This document shows positions 33,711 through 42,744 of a stretch of 64,000 nucleotides of DNA, piece by piece. The notes below the pieces were generated by a model, which was given only the letters and a program-made list of their open reading frames with translations, was not told where the DNA came from and ran no database searches. Both the position numbers and the translations under genes were made by a program. This stretch comes from a virus: the IMG/VR virus record IMGVR_UViG_3300012271_000010, positions 1 to 64,000 of that record; one strand, given 5' to 3'. Positions within the stretch are counted from its first letter, which is position 1. Each line of letters begins with the position of its first letter.

Positions 33711-34643
33711 ATGAGTCAAAAAGCAGTAGATCACTCAGGCGAGACTAGAGAGCAAGGAATACAAAGAAGATCTTTGTCCAAGTCAACATCTATCCACACA
33801 AAAGGGATAGCTGGTGGAGTCTTGCCTGAACCGATTCCGAAATTTAATAGAACAAAGAGTGAGAAAATTATTGAAGGTTCAAACAATACCTTTATTGTTT
33901 TGGGTCGCGATAGACCAGCAAGCAGACTCAGTGGTTTCGGAGGAACAGGAGACACGCAAGCAGGCGCAATTGATTTGGTTGTTGGCAGACTTGGACCACT
34001 AGTTCAAGCTAACGTTTGGGCAGATAATGATTTCTTAAGAGACTCAGCTCGAATTTATATTAGTCAAAAATCGAATGTTGATGATAATTTTAGATTATCA
34101 GATGGAACAGTGGGGAATGCTAAAGGTTCCTCCGCTATTGCTTTAAAAGCTGATGACATCAGAATTATCGCTAGAGAAGGGATCAAATTAATTACTGGTA
34201 CTGACAGAGAAAACTCCAGAGGCGGCAGCGTCGACGCCATTGCTGGAATTGATTTGATTGCAGGGAACGATGGGTCTGTAGCCAAAAACGCTGGTGAAAC
34301 AGGTTTACAACCTATAGTTAAAGCGAAGAATACAGAAGAAGCTTTGGACAAAATGTTGAAACTTATTTCAAGTCTTGGTGGTATTGTATCTGCTTTTTTA
34401 CAGTCACAAATGACTTATAACTCAATTCTAGGAACTCATTTCCATGTGTCACCTTTTTACGGTATTCCAACGACCCCTTCATCTCTCGCTTCATCAGGAG
34501 CTAGCACAGCTGCTACTAATATGATGAACGATTGTATTTCAGGTCTGCAAAAACACAAGTCTAACATTTCTAGTGTTAGGAATACTTATCTCAAAACCCA
34601 CGGTAAAAAATATATCGGAAGCCGTTACAACAATACCAACTAA
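33711..34643 (+). CDS. Putative baseplate spike / gp5 C-terminal-like protein
   Basis: IVLGRDRP, beta-rich repeats, HxH (HFH) near the C-terminus; baseplate context. Confidence 0.5.
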   Translation: MSQKAVDHSGETREQGIQRRSLSKSTSIHTKGIAGGVLPEPIPKFNRTKSEKIIEGSNNTFIVLGRDRPASRLSGFGGTGDTQAGAIDLVVGRLGPLVQANVWADNDFLRDSARIYISQKSNVDDNFRLSDGTVGNAKGSSAIALKADDIRIIAREGIKLITGTDRENSRGGSVDAIAGIDLIAGNDGSVAKNAGETGLQPIVKAKNTEEALDKMLKLISSLGGIVSAFLQSQMTYNSILGTHFHVSPFYGIPTTPSSLASSGASTAATNMMNDCISGLQKHKSNISSVRNTYLKTHGKKYIGSRYNNTN

Positions 34644-34644
34644 C

Positions 34645-37600
34645 ATGCCAATATCTCAAAAATTTGTTATAGATCTTCGAAGACTGCGAAACGATACTAG
34701 TAAGGTCTCATCCTTGTTGACTAAGCTCGGAAAAGATATGAATTTTGCTGGTTTTTATACACCAGGATTTGATTTCGCTATCCAAGCTAATGCAATTTTG
34801 TTGTTTCCTGAATCATTGCGTGCTCTTATAAACTTCAACGTAAAAGAGATGAATAACCACGATGCATTTAATAATGAATGGAAAGGTTATACTTCCTATG
34901 ATTTTGTTGAGTTAGCTGTTGATTTATCTTACAACGTTATTACTTCGATTCGACTTCTAGGAGACACCAAGAAGAAGACTATCGAACAAATTCGTTTTGC
35001 TTTGTTCGATATTGATAATGAATTATTCACTCCAACAACTATAAATACTGTTTCGAATATCAAAGAAATTTCTGATGGCATCACGGAATTTTTTGGTGCT
35101 GATAACACGTCTCTTTCCTGTAATGTAAACAGTTCTTCCTCAAGAGTTCCGTTGTTGCAAAATCGTATTAATTCGAATATTGAGTGGTCTAACTATATCA
35201 AAGAATATGTTATTCCAAAGCCTAAAATCCTCTCTTTAGAAGTAAACGTAAATCTCCAGTGTGGTGGAGAGGTTTTTGCTTCCTTCCTTAGTGAATTTGA
35301 AACAAAATCATTTAAAACTGATGAAGAGAAGATTGCAGAAGAACAAATTTGGGAAAGTGTTGAGTTTAAAAAACAAATTTCTGAAATGCAAAGCAGATGT
35401 GTTGAAGTGATAAACACCTCAGCAGATATTTTGGAGGATCCGACCGCTCTAGTCAATAAGATTCAGACGTTAGGTGACGCATATTCACAATTTTTTGATA
35501 AAATTTCTTTGGAATGTTTGATCAAATCTGCCATGAAGTGTATTGCTCCGCCTTTAACATGTAAAGAAATACTTGCTGGTTTTGAACTTAAAGATATTGA
35601 AAGTAAGATTGAGTTAGCTTTCCCGAACGTACCTAGAATTGCTTCTCTTGTTAAGAAAGCAGCTACAAATGCGAGAACATCTTTTTCAGACGAATTTGAA
35701 GCAGCAAGTGCGTTTTTAGACGAGATTGAAGAGGTCATCGATTTGGAAGTAATCTGTGATGTAGCTAAATTTAATTTAGCATTTCAAATACCGACAATTG
35801 AACTTCCAGAACTTCCTATAATTGATTTATTTGCTTCTGTAGAAATAGCTATTGAAGACGCTATTTTATCCGCATTGACTGTTTCAATTTTAGAAATGTT
35901 GTTGAAAATCCTTGAAGATTTACAGTCTTGTAATAATTTGGACTCTTTCATCGCAGGGGCAATTAACGGACAAATTCCTACACCATCTGGGTTAAACAAT
36001 GATCTGAACAAGATGTTTGGTTTACTTGTTGATAGTGATCCTTTGGGAACATCTCGCGATATAGTTTCATCTCTTGGCTCTAAATGGCAGAACTTTGTGA
36101 AACAGGCAGAACCATTATTAAATGAACAAGTAAAATTAGAGAATCAAACGAATCCTGAGGTACTTGGAGAGGCTGCTCAACTCCGTAATCAGATAGACTC
36201 TTATGGTGGATTGGAGAGCTTACTGGAAGCTGTAGAGGGCAACATAGGAGTTGCTGCTGCTAGAGCTGTCTTTGTTGCGTTCTTTCAAGGACAAATTAAT
36301 TTTTCTCAACTATTAGTATTCCAAGGTACCGACGGTGCTACTGCTCTTCGAGCTTTTTTTAACGAAATTGGTTTGTTTGAAATAGACGAAGAAGAAAAAA
36401 GTTTCGTCTTAAGAATGTCAGATGAACAATCGATTGTAGTTTTCAATGCCATTGGAAGAGCATCTAGAGCAAATATTGATACGAGTGGCGCTGCTTTAGT
36501 CGACGCCATCGGCGGTTTATTAAATGATGTTGTAGCCGTTCTTTCTCCCGCTGATACTTTGAATCTTTTAGCAGGAACTCCTTCCCTCAAAGTGGTAGAA
36601 GTTATTATAGAATTGATCAAAGTTAGTAGGGAAGAGATTCATTTTATAAATAAACCAGATCAAATTATCCAACTTTTTAAAACTCTTGGGGATGCAACTG
36701 GAACATCAGCTATGAAAAATGGTGTTGTTTTAGCTTCTAATGTTAGAAGAAACAGAGATATTCCAAGAAAATTTTGTCCTGAAGACGATGAAGCGCTTAG
36801 GTTGCAAGAACAGATTCTCATTAGAAGTTTCCCACCTGAAGAGGTCCGAACTATAATTGATGAAATTATTGAAAAGCGTAGAATTCGTTACAACGAGTTA
36901 GGTGATATTTTAGTTCGTCTTGGCGACGATGACTTTTCTCCTACCGAGATACTGGAACCAATTCTTTGTGGTTTTAATCCAGATGGTTCACGTCCAGCTA
37001 TAGTTGACGACGCTTTGAACACAACAATTAACACGATTTTTGAATCAACTAAAATGGCTTTCGACAGAGAGATTCCAAGATATCCAGATGCCTTATCCTC
37101 TGAGGAAAAAATAACAAGAATTGTCCCAAGAACAATCAGAAGACGCGGTGATCGACCAGTGTTTGGCTCCGACGACGGAAATTTGTTTGGAACTTTTACA
37201 ACTTTTCTTGAAGGTCTTGGCTTAGACAATCCTTTTGATAGTGAAGGCAACTCAGAAAGAATCATAAATCCCGAATGGTCAAAAATTGTCTCACAAGGGC
37301 TCGTTCCCCCAGAAGGTGATGGCTCGGCACGAGATAACAGGTTAGGACCATTCACAGAAGGTCCTCCTGCACCAATTCAGGATGTTGTTAAGAGAGTGGG
37401 TGTTAATTTCAAAAGAGCGTTTAAATTCGAAGACGCGGTTACTATTAAACAGTCGAATGAAAATTCTTTTGAAGTACAGATAAAAGGAAGTCTCCCTGTG
37501 CAATCCCCTGTACAGCAGTTTTCTCCTGTTCCTGCTACGCCGCCAAGTTGGGTAATTTCATACAAAGAACAAGACCAAATTTTAAGTTTGTCTCTTGCTG

Positions 37601-40488
37601 CTCAAGGTTTTTTCTATTCTTCTAGACTTGGGCGAGTTGAGTTCTCTGATAATTTTCATTTTTCCGAAGACTTTAGTAGAGATCTTTCCCCGGAAATTCT
37701 GGAAAGAACAGCAGAATTGAACAGATCAGTAGATGGTGTTAACTCTAAGCCAGAAATATTTTCAAGTCTCTTGAAAGAGAAACTTACTCCGGCTATTGAA
37801 GCTCAAAACGTAAATCTTTTCGAAGCATCCGCCGAGTTGTTTTTTAAAGATAGATACGAAGAGTTTGTTAAAAGTTTTCTTACTAATGCTGGAAAGAAGA
37901 TAGCGAATAATAGATTATTAAAGAAGATTCCGAATCAAAGCTTAGATCATCTTGGTCCTGGAACTTCTGAATTCAATTCCAAAGAACAAACAGAAACCTT
38001 AATTTTAAACTTGATTAATTTTTCTGCAACTCCAACAGACGGACAAAAAAGATGTAAAGCTGATCCTCACTTGCTCGATTTAGAATTTATCAAATCAATC
38101 GTTAAAAGTGAATATGATAAAGATTGTGAAACAGAGAGCAATAATGATGGAGTTAGTCGCTCTAAAGGACCTATGAACTCATCAGGTTTTGTTGGCGTTG
38201 TACTTACCGTCGTCAGATTATATGTTATTGAATACGTTCTTCGTGGGTTGTTTGTATTTGATGAATATGGTTATAAAACAGAATTCGCCGAAGACCAATT
38301 GTTGATTGATTATGTCTCATTTAGGATAAAGAAGGATCTTGAGAGACAAGGTGAATTAGCTCAAGGTACAAGATATTACGACGCTTTCGAAAGAGAGGTT
38401 GTAGTTGCTTACAAAAAACTTCTTAAAAATGAAGATTTCGGAATTGAAGAAGAAGAACTTCCTCTTGCTGGTCCTGATGGCGTCCCCGCCGAACTTAAGA
38501 TTCTCGTGAGAGAACAATTGAAATCTGTTCTTGAGAAGATTGGAGAGATCGTAGGAGTGAATTCTGATTCACTTGAAGATAATCTTATTAAAGACTTGTT
38601 GTCGAATGTTCCAAATCTAGATACTTTTTCTTTATTTGGAAATGGCACAGTAGAAAATTCTGATTATACCTCTTTAGATTCAAGAATGTCTTCTTTATTC
38701 CAACCAGAAAGAAAAGAAAGTATTCCTTTTCCACCAGTTCCGCCCCAAGTAGCTGCTATAACCGATTCTGAAGGAAAATACGCTATTGAACGTTATATTC
38801 GTGTTCCTTTGTCCTCGAACGAAAGTTTAAGAACAGAACAGCAACGAACTGGACTCAAAGACGTAGTAAACTTTAAAAACTTTGAAGAATTCTTAAGTAA
38901 CAATGAACAATTCAATAATAAAAGAATGGAAGAACTTTTTGAGGAGCCTTTTAAATATGGTTATAGATTAGTGTTTATTTCACCAGTTTCTGCTGAAGCA
39001 GCCACTGTTCCTGAGATAAACAATAGCCAAAAAAGTTTTAAATTAAACGGACCAATCAGGATGAACTTGAGAGATTCTGTTTTAAAATCAGAAAAAGCAT
39101 TTCATGTTCTAGAGAAAGAAAAAACAAACTCAGATGAACCAGTAGGAAAGTTGAATGAGTTCTTGTCTAATTTTGGTCTTGATATCGATGTAGGCTCCAC
39201 TGTTCCTTCACCAATTGGTGAACCATTAATACCTGAACTTCCAGTCTACAAACAATTTAATACAGTTCCTATTGCTCAAGTAGAAATTTCTATAGATAAC
39301 TTTTCGAATATTCAAGCAGCACGAGGTAATATTTTAAATGTTTTTAAATCTGATTATGAGTCACGTTTGTTGGAAGAGTTATCTAATTCTGTCGATGTTC
39401 GTACTCTATTTGAATATTGTTTTTTCTCAAAAAGACTTATCACTTTCATGTTAATTCAAAGCTCTATGGTTTTGAATAGTGAAGATATGAAATTTTTATT
39501 TGAAGGAACAAAAATTGAGCTTAAAAAACTGTTTGATATCTTGAGAAATATGGGAGACTATACTAGCAAGAGTGATGAACAATTCTTAGATGGTGTTCCT
39601 GGTAATGCTGGAGCATATAAAGCAGAATTCGACCAAATTGGTAGCCCATCAGGTCCAAAGAGTCCAGATGCATTTTATTTATCATCTATTACTCCAATTT
39701 TGATTCTTCGCGGACTCGCTGAACTGATAGACCCAAATATAGCTATAACAGCAAAGATTGTGGCTGCCGGTAACGCTGGTTATTTATTGCCAAAGTTTGT
39801 GCGTTTGCCAAATGGAAAGATTAAACTTTCTGGAACTGAAGATAATCCAGGTCCACCAGTAATCCAATTTACTCCTGTTGGAATTATAAACCCCAATACA
39901 GGATTCGAGTGTATCGTAAGAGCGTCTGATGACCTCCCTTCTTGGGCAGATGAAGAAACTTTGGTAGAATGGAAATCTCCTATTCTTCCTAGTTTTCCAG
40001 GACTCCCAGAGTTAACTTTGCCCCCACCAGGTGGACTTTTAACTATCCCGCGTGGTCCAAATCGTGAGATCTTTGGTTTAGACCGTAGTTTTAACACAGA
40101 AAATCCTAATTCTGTTGTTTTGAGTGTACCAGAATTCCCAGGAGAGTCTATAAACCTTCCTTATGGTTTAGTATCTTTGGCTTTATTGCCAATGCAGTTG
40201 TTTTTCCCGCTTATAGGAAACTTTGCTGGTCCTCCATATAACATTAATATACCACTGGGAATTGAGTTCTTAAAACTCGAACCATTGATTTATCAATTAC
40301 CAAATTACAAATTTTCTGTTGAAGACACCGATGTGGCAACAGAACTTTTGGCTTCAGAAGGAATTGATTTGGGAGCAGCCAAAAGAATTAAATGTAAAGA
40401 TAACACTGAGGCAACCTCAGCACCATCAGATATTACAGAGTCTGATCCAACAAACCCTAATTTGCCAAAAACTAGCGATAGTTGTTAA
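34645..40488 (+). CDS. Very large putative virion structural protein (~1950 aa)
   Basis: Uninterrupted ORF within the baseplate module; no recognisable motif. Confidence 0.6.
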   Translation: MPISQKFVIDLRRLRNDTSKVSSLLTKLGKDMNFAGFYTPGFDFAIQANAILLFPESLRALINFNVKEMNNHDAFNNEWKGYTSYDFVELAVDLSYNVITSIRLLGDTKKKTIEQIRFALFDIDNELFTPTTINTVSNIKEISDGITEFFGADNTSLSCNVNSSSSRVPLLQNRINSNIEWSNYIKEYVIPKPKILSLEVNVNLQCGGEVFASFLSEFETKSFKTDEEKIAEEQIWESVEFKKQISEMQSRCVEVINTSADILEDPTALVNKIQTLGDAYSQFFDKISLECLIKSAMKCIAPPLTCKEILAGFELKDIESKIELAFPNVPRIASLVKKAATNARTSFSDEFEAASAFLDEIEEVIDLEVICDVAKFNLAFQIPTIELPELPIIDLFASVEIAIEDAILSALTVSILEMLLKILEDLQSCNNLDSFIAGAINGQIPTPSGLNNDLNKMFGLLVDSDPLGTSRDIVSSLGSKWQNFVKQAEPLLNEQVKLENQTNPEVLGEAAQLRNQIDSYGGLESLLEAVEGNIGVAAARAVFVAFFQGQINFSQLLVFQGTDGATALRAFFNEIGLFEIDEEEKSFVLRMSDEQSIVVFNAIGRASRANIDTSGAALVDAIGGLLNDVVAVLSPADTLNLLAGTPSLKVVEVIIELIKVSREEIHFINKPDQIIQLFKTLGDATGTSAMKNGVVLASNVRRNRDIPRKFCPEDDEALRLQEQILIRSFPPEEVRTIIDEIIEKRRIRYNELGDILVRLGDDDFSPTEILEPILCGFNPDGSRPAIVDDALNTTINTIFESTKMAFDREIPRYPDALSSEEKITRIVPRTIRRRGDRPVFGSDDGNLFGTFTTFLEGLGLDNPFDSEGNSERIINPEWSKIVSQGLVPPEGDGSARDNRLGPFTEGPPAPIQDVVKRVGVNFKRAFKFEDAVTIKQSNENSFEVQIKGSLPVQSPVQQFSPVPATPPSWVISYKEQDQILSLSLAAQGFFYSSRLGRVEFSDNFHFSEDFSRDLSPEILERTAELNRSVDGVNSKPEIFSSLLKEKLTPAIEAQNVNLFEASAELFFKDRYEEFVKSFLTNAGKKIANNRLLKKIPNQSLDHLGPGTSEFNSKEQTETLILNLINFSATPTDGQKRCKADPHLLDLEFIKSIVKSEYDKDCETESNNDGVSRSKGPMNSSGFVGVVLTVVRLYVIEYVLRGLFVFDEYGYKTEFAEDQLLIDYVSFRIKKDLERQGELAQGTRYYDAFEREVVVAYKKLLKNEDFGIEEEELPLAGPDGVPAELKILVREQLKSVLEKIGEIVGVNSDSLEDNLIKDLLSNVPNLDTFSLFGNGTVENSDYTSLDSRMSSLFQPERKESIPFPPVPPQVAAITDSEGKYAIERYIRVPLSSNESLRTEQQRTGLKDVVNFKNFEEFLSNNEQFNNKRMEELFEEPFKYGYRLVFISPVSAEAATVPEINNSQKSFKLNGPIRMNLRDSVLKSEKAFHVLEKEKTNSDEPVGKLNEFLSNFGLDIDVGSTVPSPIGEPLIPELPVYKQFNTVPIAQVEISIDNFSNIQAARGNILNVFKSDYESRLLEELSNSVDVRTLFEYCFFSKRLITFMLIQSSMVLNSEDMKFLFEGTKIELKKLFDILRNMGDYTSKSDEQFLDGVPGNAGAYKAEFDQIGSPSGPKSPDAFYLSSITPILILRGLAELIDPNIAITAKIVAAGNAGYLLPKFVRLPNGKIKLSGTEDNPGPPVIQFTPVGIINPNTGFECIVRASDDLPSWADEETLVEWKSPILPSFPGLPELTLPPPGGLLTIPRGPNREIFGLDRSFNTENPNSVVLSVPEFPGESINLPYGLVSLALLPMQLFFPLIGNFAGPPYNINIPLGIEFLKLEPLIYQLPNYKFSVEDTDVATELLASEGIDLGAAKRIKCKDNTEATSAPSDITESDPTNPNLPKTSDSC

Positions 40489-40515
40489 GCATGATAATTA
40501 CTTAGGAGGGAAATC

Positions 40516-40890
40516 ATGGCTTCATTTACACCAAAGCTTCCATTGAGTTTCGGAGATTCGCCTGACTATCAAAACATAGTTGCGATTAAAGAATTGGTAA
40601 AACAAAATTTAAAGAACTTATGCTTAACTATCCCAGGAGAAAGGTTGATGGATAGCGATTTCGGCGTAGGTCTGAAAACTTTCTTATTTGAACAAAACTT
40701 GGAAACTACATATGGTGACATATCAGCTAAAATAGAAGAACAAGTAAATATCTACATGCCATTTGTTGAAGTTGATGATATTATAGTTATCCCAGATGAA
40801 GATAATGAAAATCTAATACGCGTACAGGTGCAATATTATGTTACTCCAACATCTCAAAGTGATATCCTAAAATTATCAATAAATAGATAA
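40516..40890 (+). CDS. Baseplate wedge subunit, gp25/GPW-like
   Basis: QNLKNL.LT.PGER.M...FG. Confidence 0.88.
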   Translation: MASFTPKLPLSFGDSPDYQNIVAIKELVKQNLKNLCLTIPGERLMDSDFGVGLKTFLFEQNLETTYGDISAKIEEQVNIYMPFVEVDDIIVIPDEDNENLIRVQVQYYVTPTSQSDILKLSINR

Positions 40891-40947
40891 CTACTTATAA
40901 GGTGAAAAATGTATTGGTCTGACCAATAAAATCAAGGAGTCTTTACT

Positions 40948-42744
40948 ATGCCTAAAAAAAACGTGCCAATCTCTTATTTTTCCAGAGATTTTGAATCAAT
41001 CAAAAAGTCTTTAGTTGAACATGCGAAAAGATATTATTCTGATTCATTTACAGACTTTAACGAGGCTGGATTTGGTTCGCTTTTTCTAGATACTGCTGCA
41101 TATACTGGGGATATTCTCTCCTTTTACTTAGATTATCAGGCAAATGAATCTTTTTTAGAAACAGCAAACGAGTATGATAATGTTTTGCGTCATGCTAAGC
41201 CATTGGGTTACAGATTACAAGAAAACCCTTCATCACATGGAGTTTTGACTTTTTTTGTTCTTGTGCAAGCAAATGAAGTGGGTCTTGGTCCAGACTCTCG
41301 ATACATTCCTATTTTAAAAAAGAACAGTATATTTTCTGCCAAAAATGGTAATAACTTTACTTTAGTAGAAGATGTGTTTTTTGGCGACCCGGATAATGAA
41401 ATTGTAGTTGCTAGAGTCGACGACATTACTGGTCTGCCAACTTCTTATGCGATTCGCGCTTTTGGAAGAGCGGTCTCTGGACGTTTGGAAGAAACCTTCA
41501 TTACTGTTGGAGATTTTGAAAGATTTCTTACTGTTTCTCTTGATATAGGAAATGTTGCAGAAATTATCTTAGTTGAAGATGCAGAAGGTCACGAGTATTA
41601 TGAAGTTGATTTTTTATCGCAGGATGTAGTTTACAAATCAGTACTAAATCGTTCGTCAGACTCGCAAAACGCCCCTGACTTGTTAAAACCTTTTACGGTC
41701 CCCCGTCGCTTTATTGTTGATAGAAAAGAAGGAAAAGTATTTCTTCAATTTGGTTCTGGCAACGATGATTCGGATAGAACTTCAGAAAGAATTGTTGATC
41801 CTTCTCGTGTAATTTTAGATGTACATGGTCGGACAAGTATACCAGATACTTCTTTCGATCCTACTAATTTAATTAAAACAGATAAGTTTGGAATCTCTCC
41901 AGCTAATACAACTTTAAGAGTTGTTGTTCGAGCGAATACCGTTGATAACGTAAATGCATCCTCTGATTCTGTTGTCGAAACAGTAAATGCTAATTTTGAT
42001 TTTAATGATTTACCCACTTTAGATAGAGGATTGGTAAACTCAGTAAAAGCTTCGATTGAAGTGACTAATGAAGAGCCACTTATAGGAGATGTTACTCTCC
42101 CCGACGCCCAAGAATTAAAACTTCGTGTATACAACTCTTTTGCTTCTCAAAATAGAGCAGTAACTTTGCAAGATTATATAGCTTTGGTATATAATATGCC
42201 ATCTGAATTTGGTTCTGTCAAAAGAGTAAATGTTGTTAGAGATCCAGATTCTTTTAAAAGAAACTTGAATCTTTATACGATTTCCGAAAATCAGAATGGA
42301 ACATTGACTCCGACTTCCACTACTATAAAACAAAATTTGAAAGTTTGGCTAAATAAAAACAGAATGATTAACGATACAATTGATATTCTAGATGCTAAAA
42401 TAGTAAATTTAGGAATCAGTTACTCAGTAGTTGGTGATCTGGAAAGAGATAAATATGATATTTTAGCAGATGCGAACTTTGCTGTGTCTAATCTTTTTAA
42501 TAGTGTAAAAGATATTGGAGAGTCTCTATTTATCACGGATGTTTATGACACTTTAAAGAGAGTTTCTGGTGTAGTCGACGTTATAAGAGTGAAAGTGTCT
42601 CAAAAAGTGGGAGGGGTTTACTCAGATATACGTTTTAATATAAACGAGCAAACATCAGCCGATGGACGTTATATTGTAGCTCCTGCTAATGTAATTTTTG
42701 AAGTTAAATATCCGATTGATGATATTAAAGGAGAAGTTAAGTAA
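40948..42744 (+). CDS. Baseplate wedge subunit, T4 gp6-like
   Basis: DFESIK, LSFYLD...NE.FL.TA, LQFGSG, QNRAVT..DY. Confidence 0.85.
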   Translation: MPKKNVPISYFSRDFESIKKSLVEHAKRYYSDSFTDFNEAGFGSLFLDTAAYTGDILSFYLDYQANESFLETANEYDNVLRHAKPLGYRLQENPSSHGVLTFFVLVQANEVGLGPDSRYIPILKKNSIFSAKNGNNFTLVEDVFFGDPDNEIVVARVDDITGLPTSYAIRAFGRAVSGRLEETFITVGDFERFLTVSLDIGNVAEIILVEDAEGHEYYEVDFLSQDVVYKSVLNRSSDSQNAPDLLKPFTVPRRFIVDRKEGKVFLQFGSGNDDSDRTSERIVDPSRVILDVHGRTSIPDTSFDPTNLIKTDKFGISPANTTLRVVVRANTVDNVNASSDSVVETVNANFDFNDLPTLDRGLVNSVKASIEVTNEEPLIGDVTLPDAQELKLRVYNSFASQNRAVTLQDYIALVYNMPSEFGSVKRVNVVRDPDSFKRNLNLYTISENQNGTLTPTSTTIKQNLKVWLNKNRMINDTIDILDAKIVNLGISYSVVGDLERDKYDILADANFAVSNLFNSVKDIGESLFITDVYDTLKRVSGVVDVIRVKVSQKVGGVYSDIRFNINEQTSADGRYIVAPANVIFEVKYPIDDIKGEVK

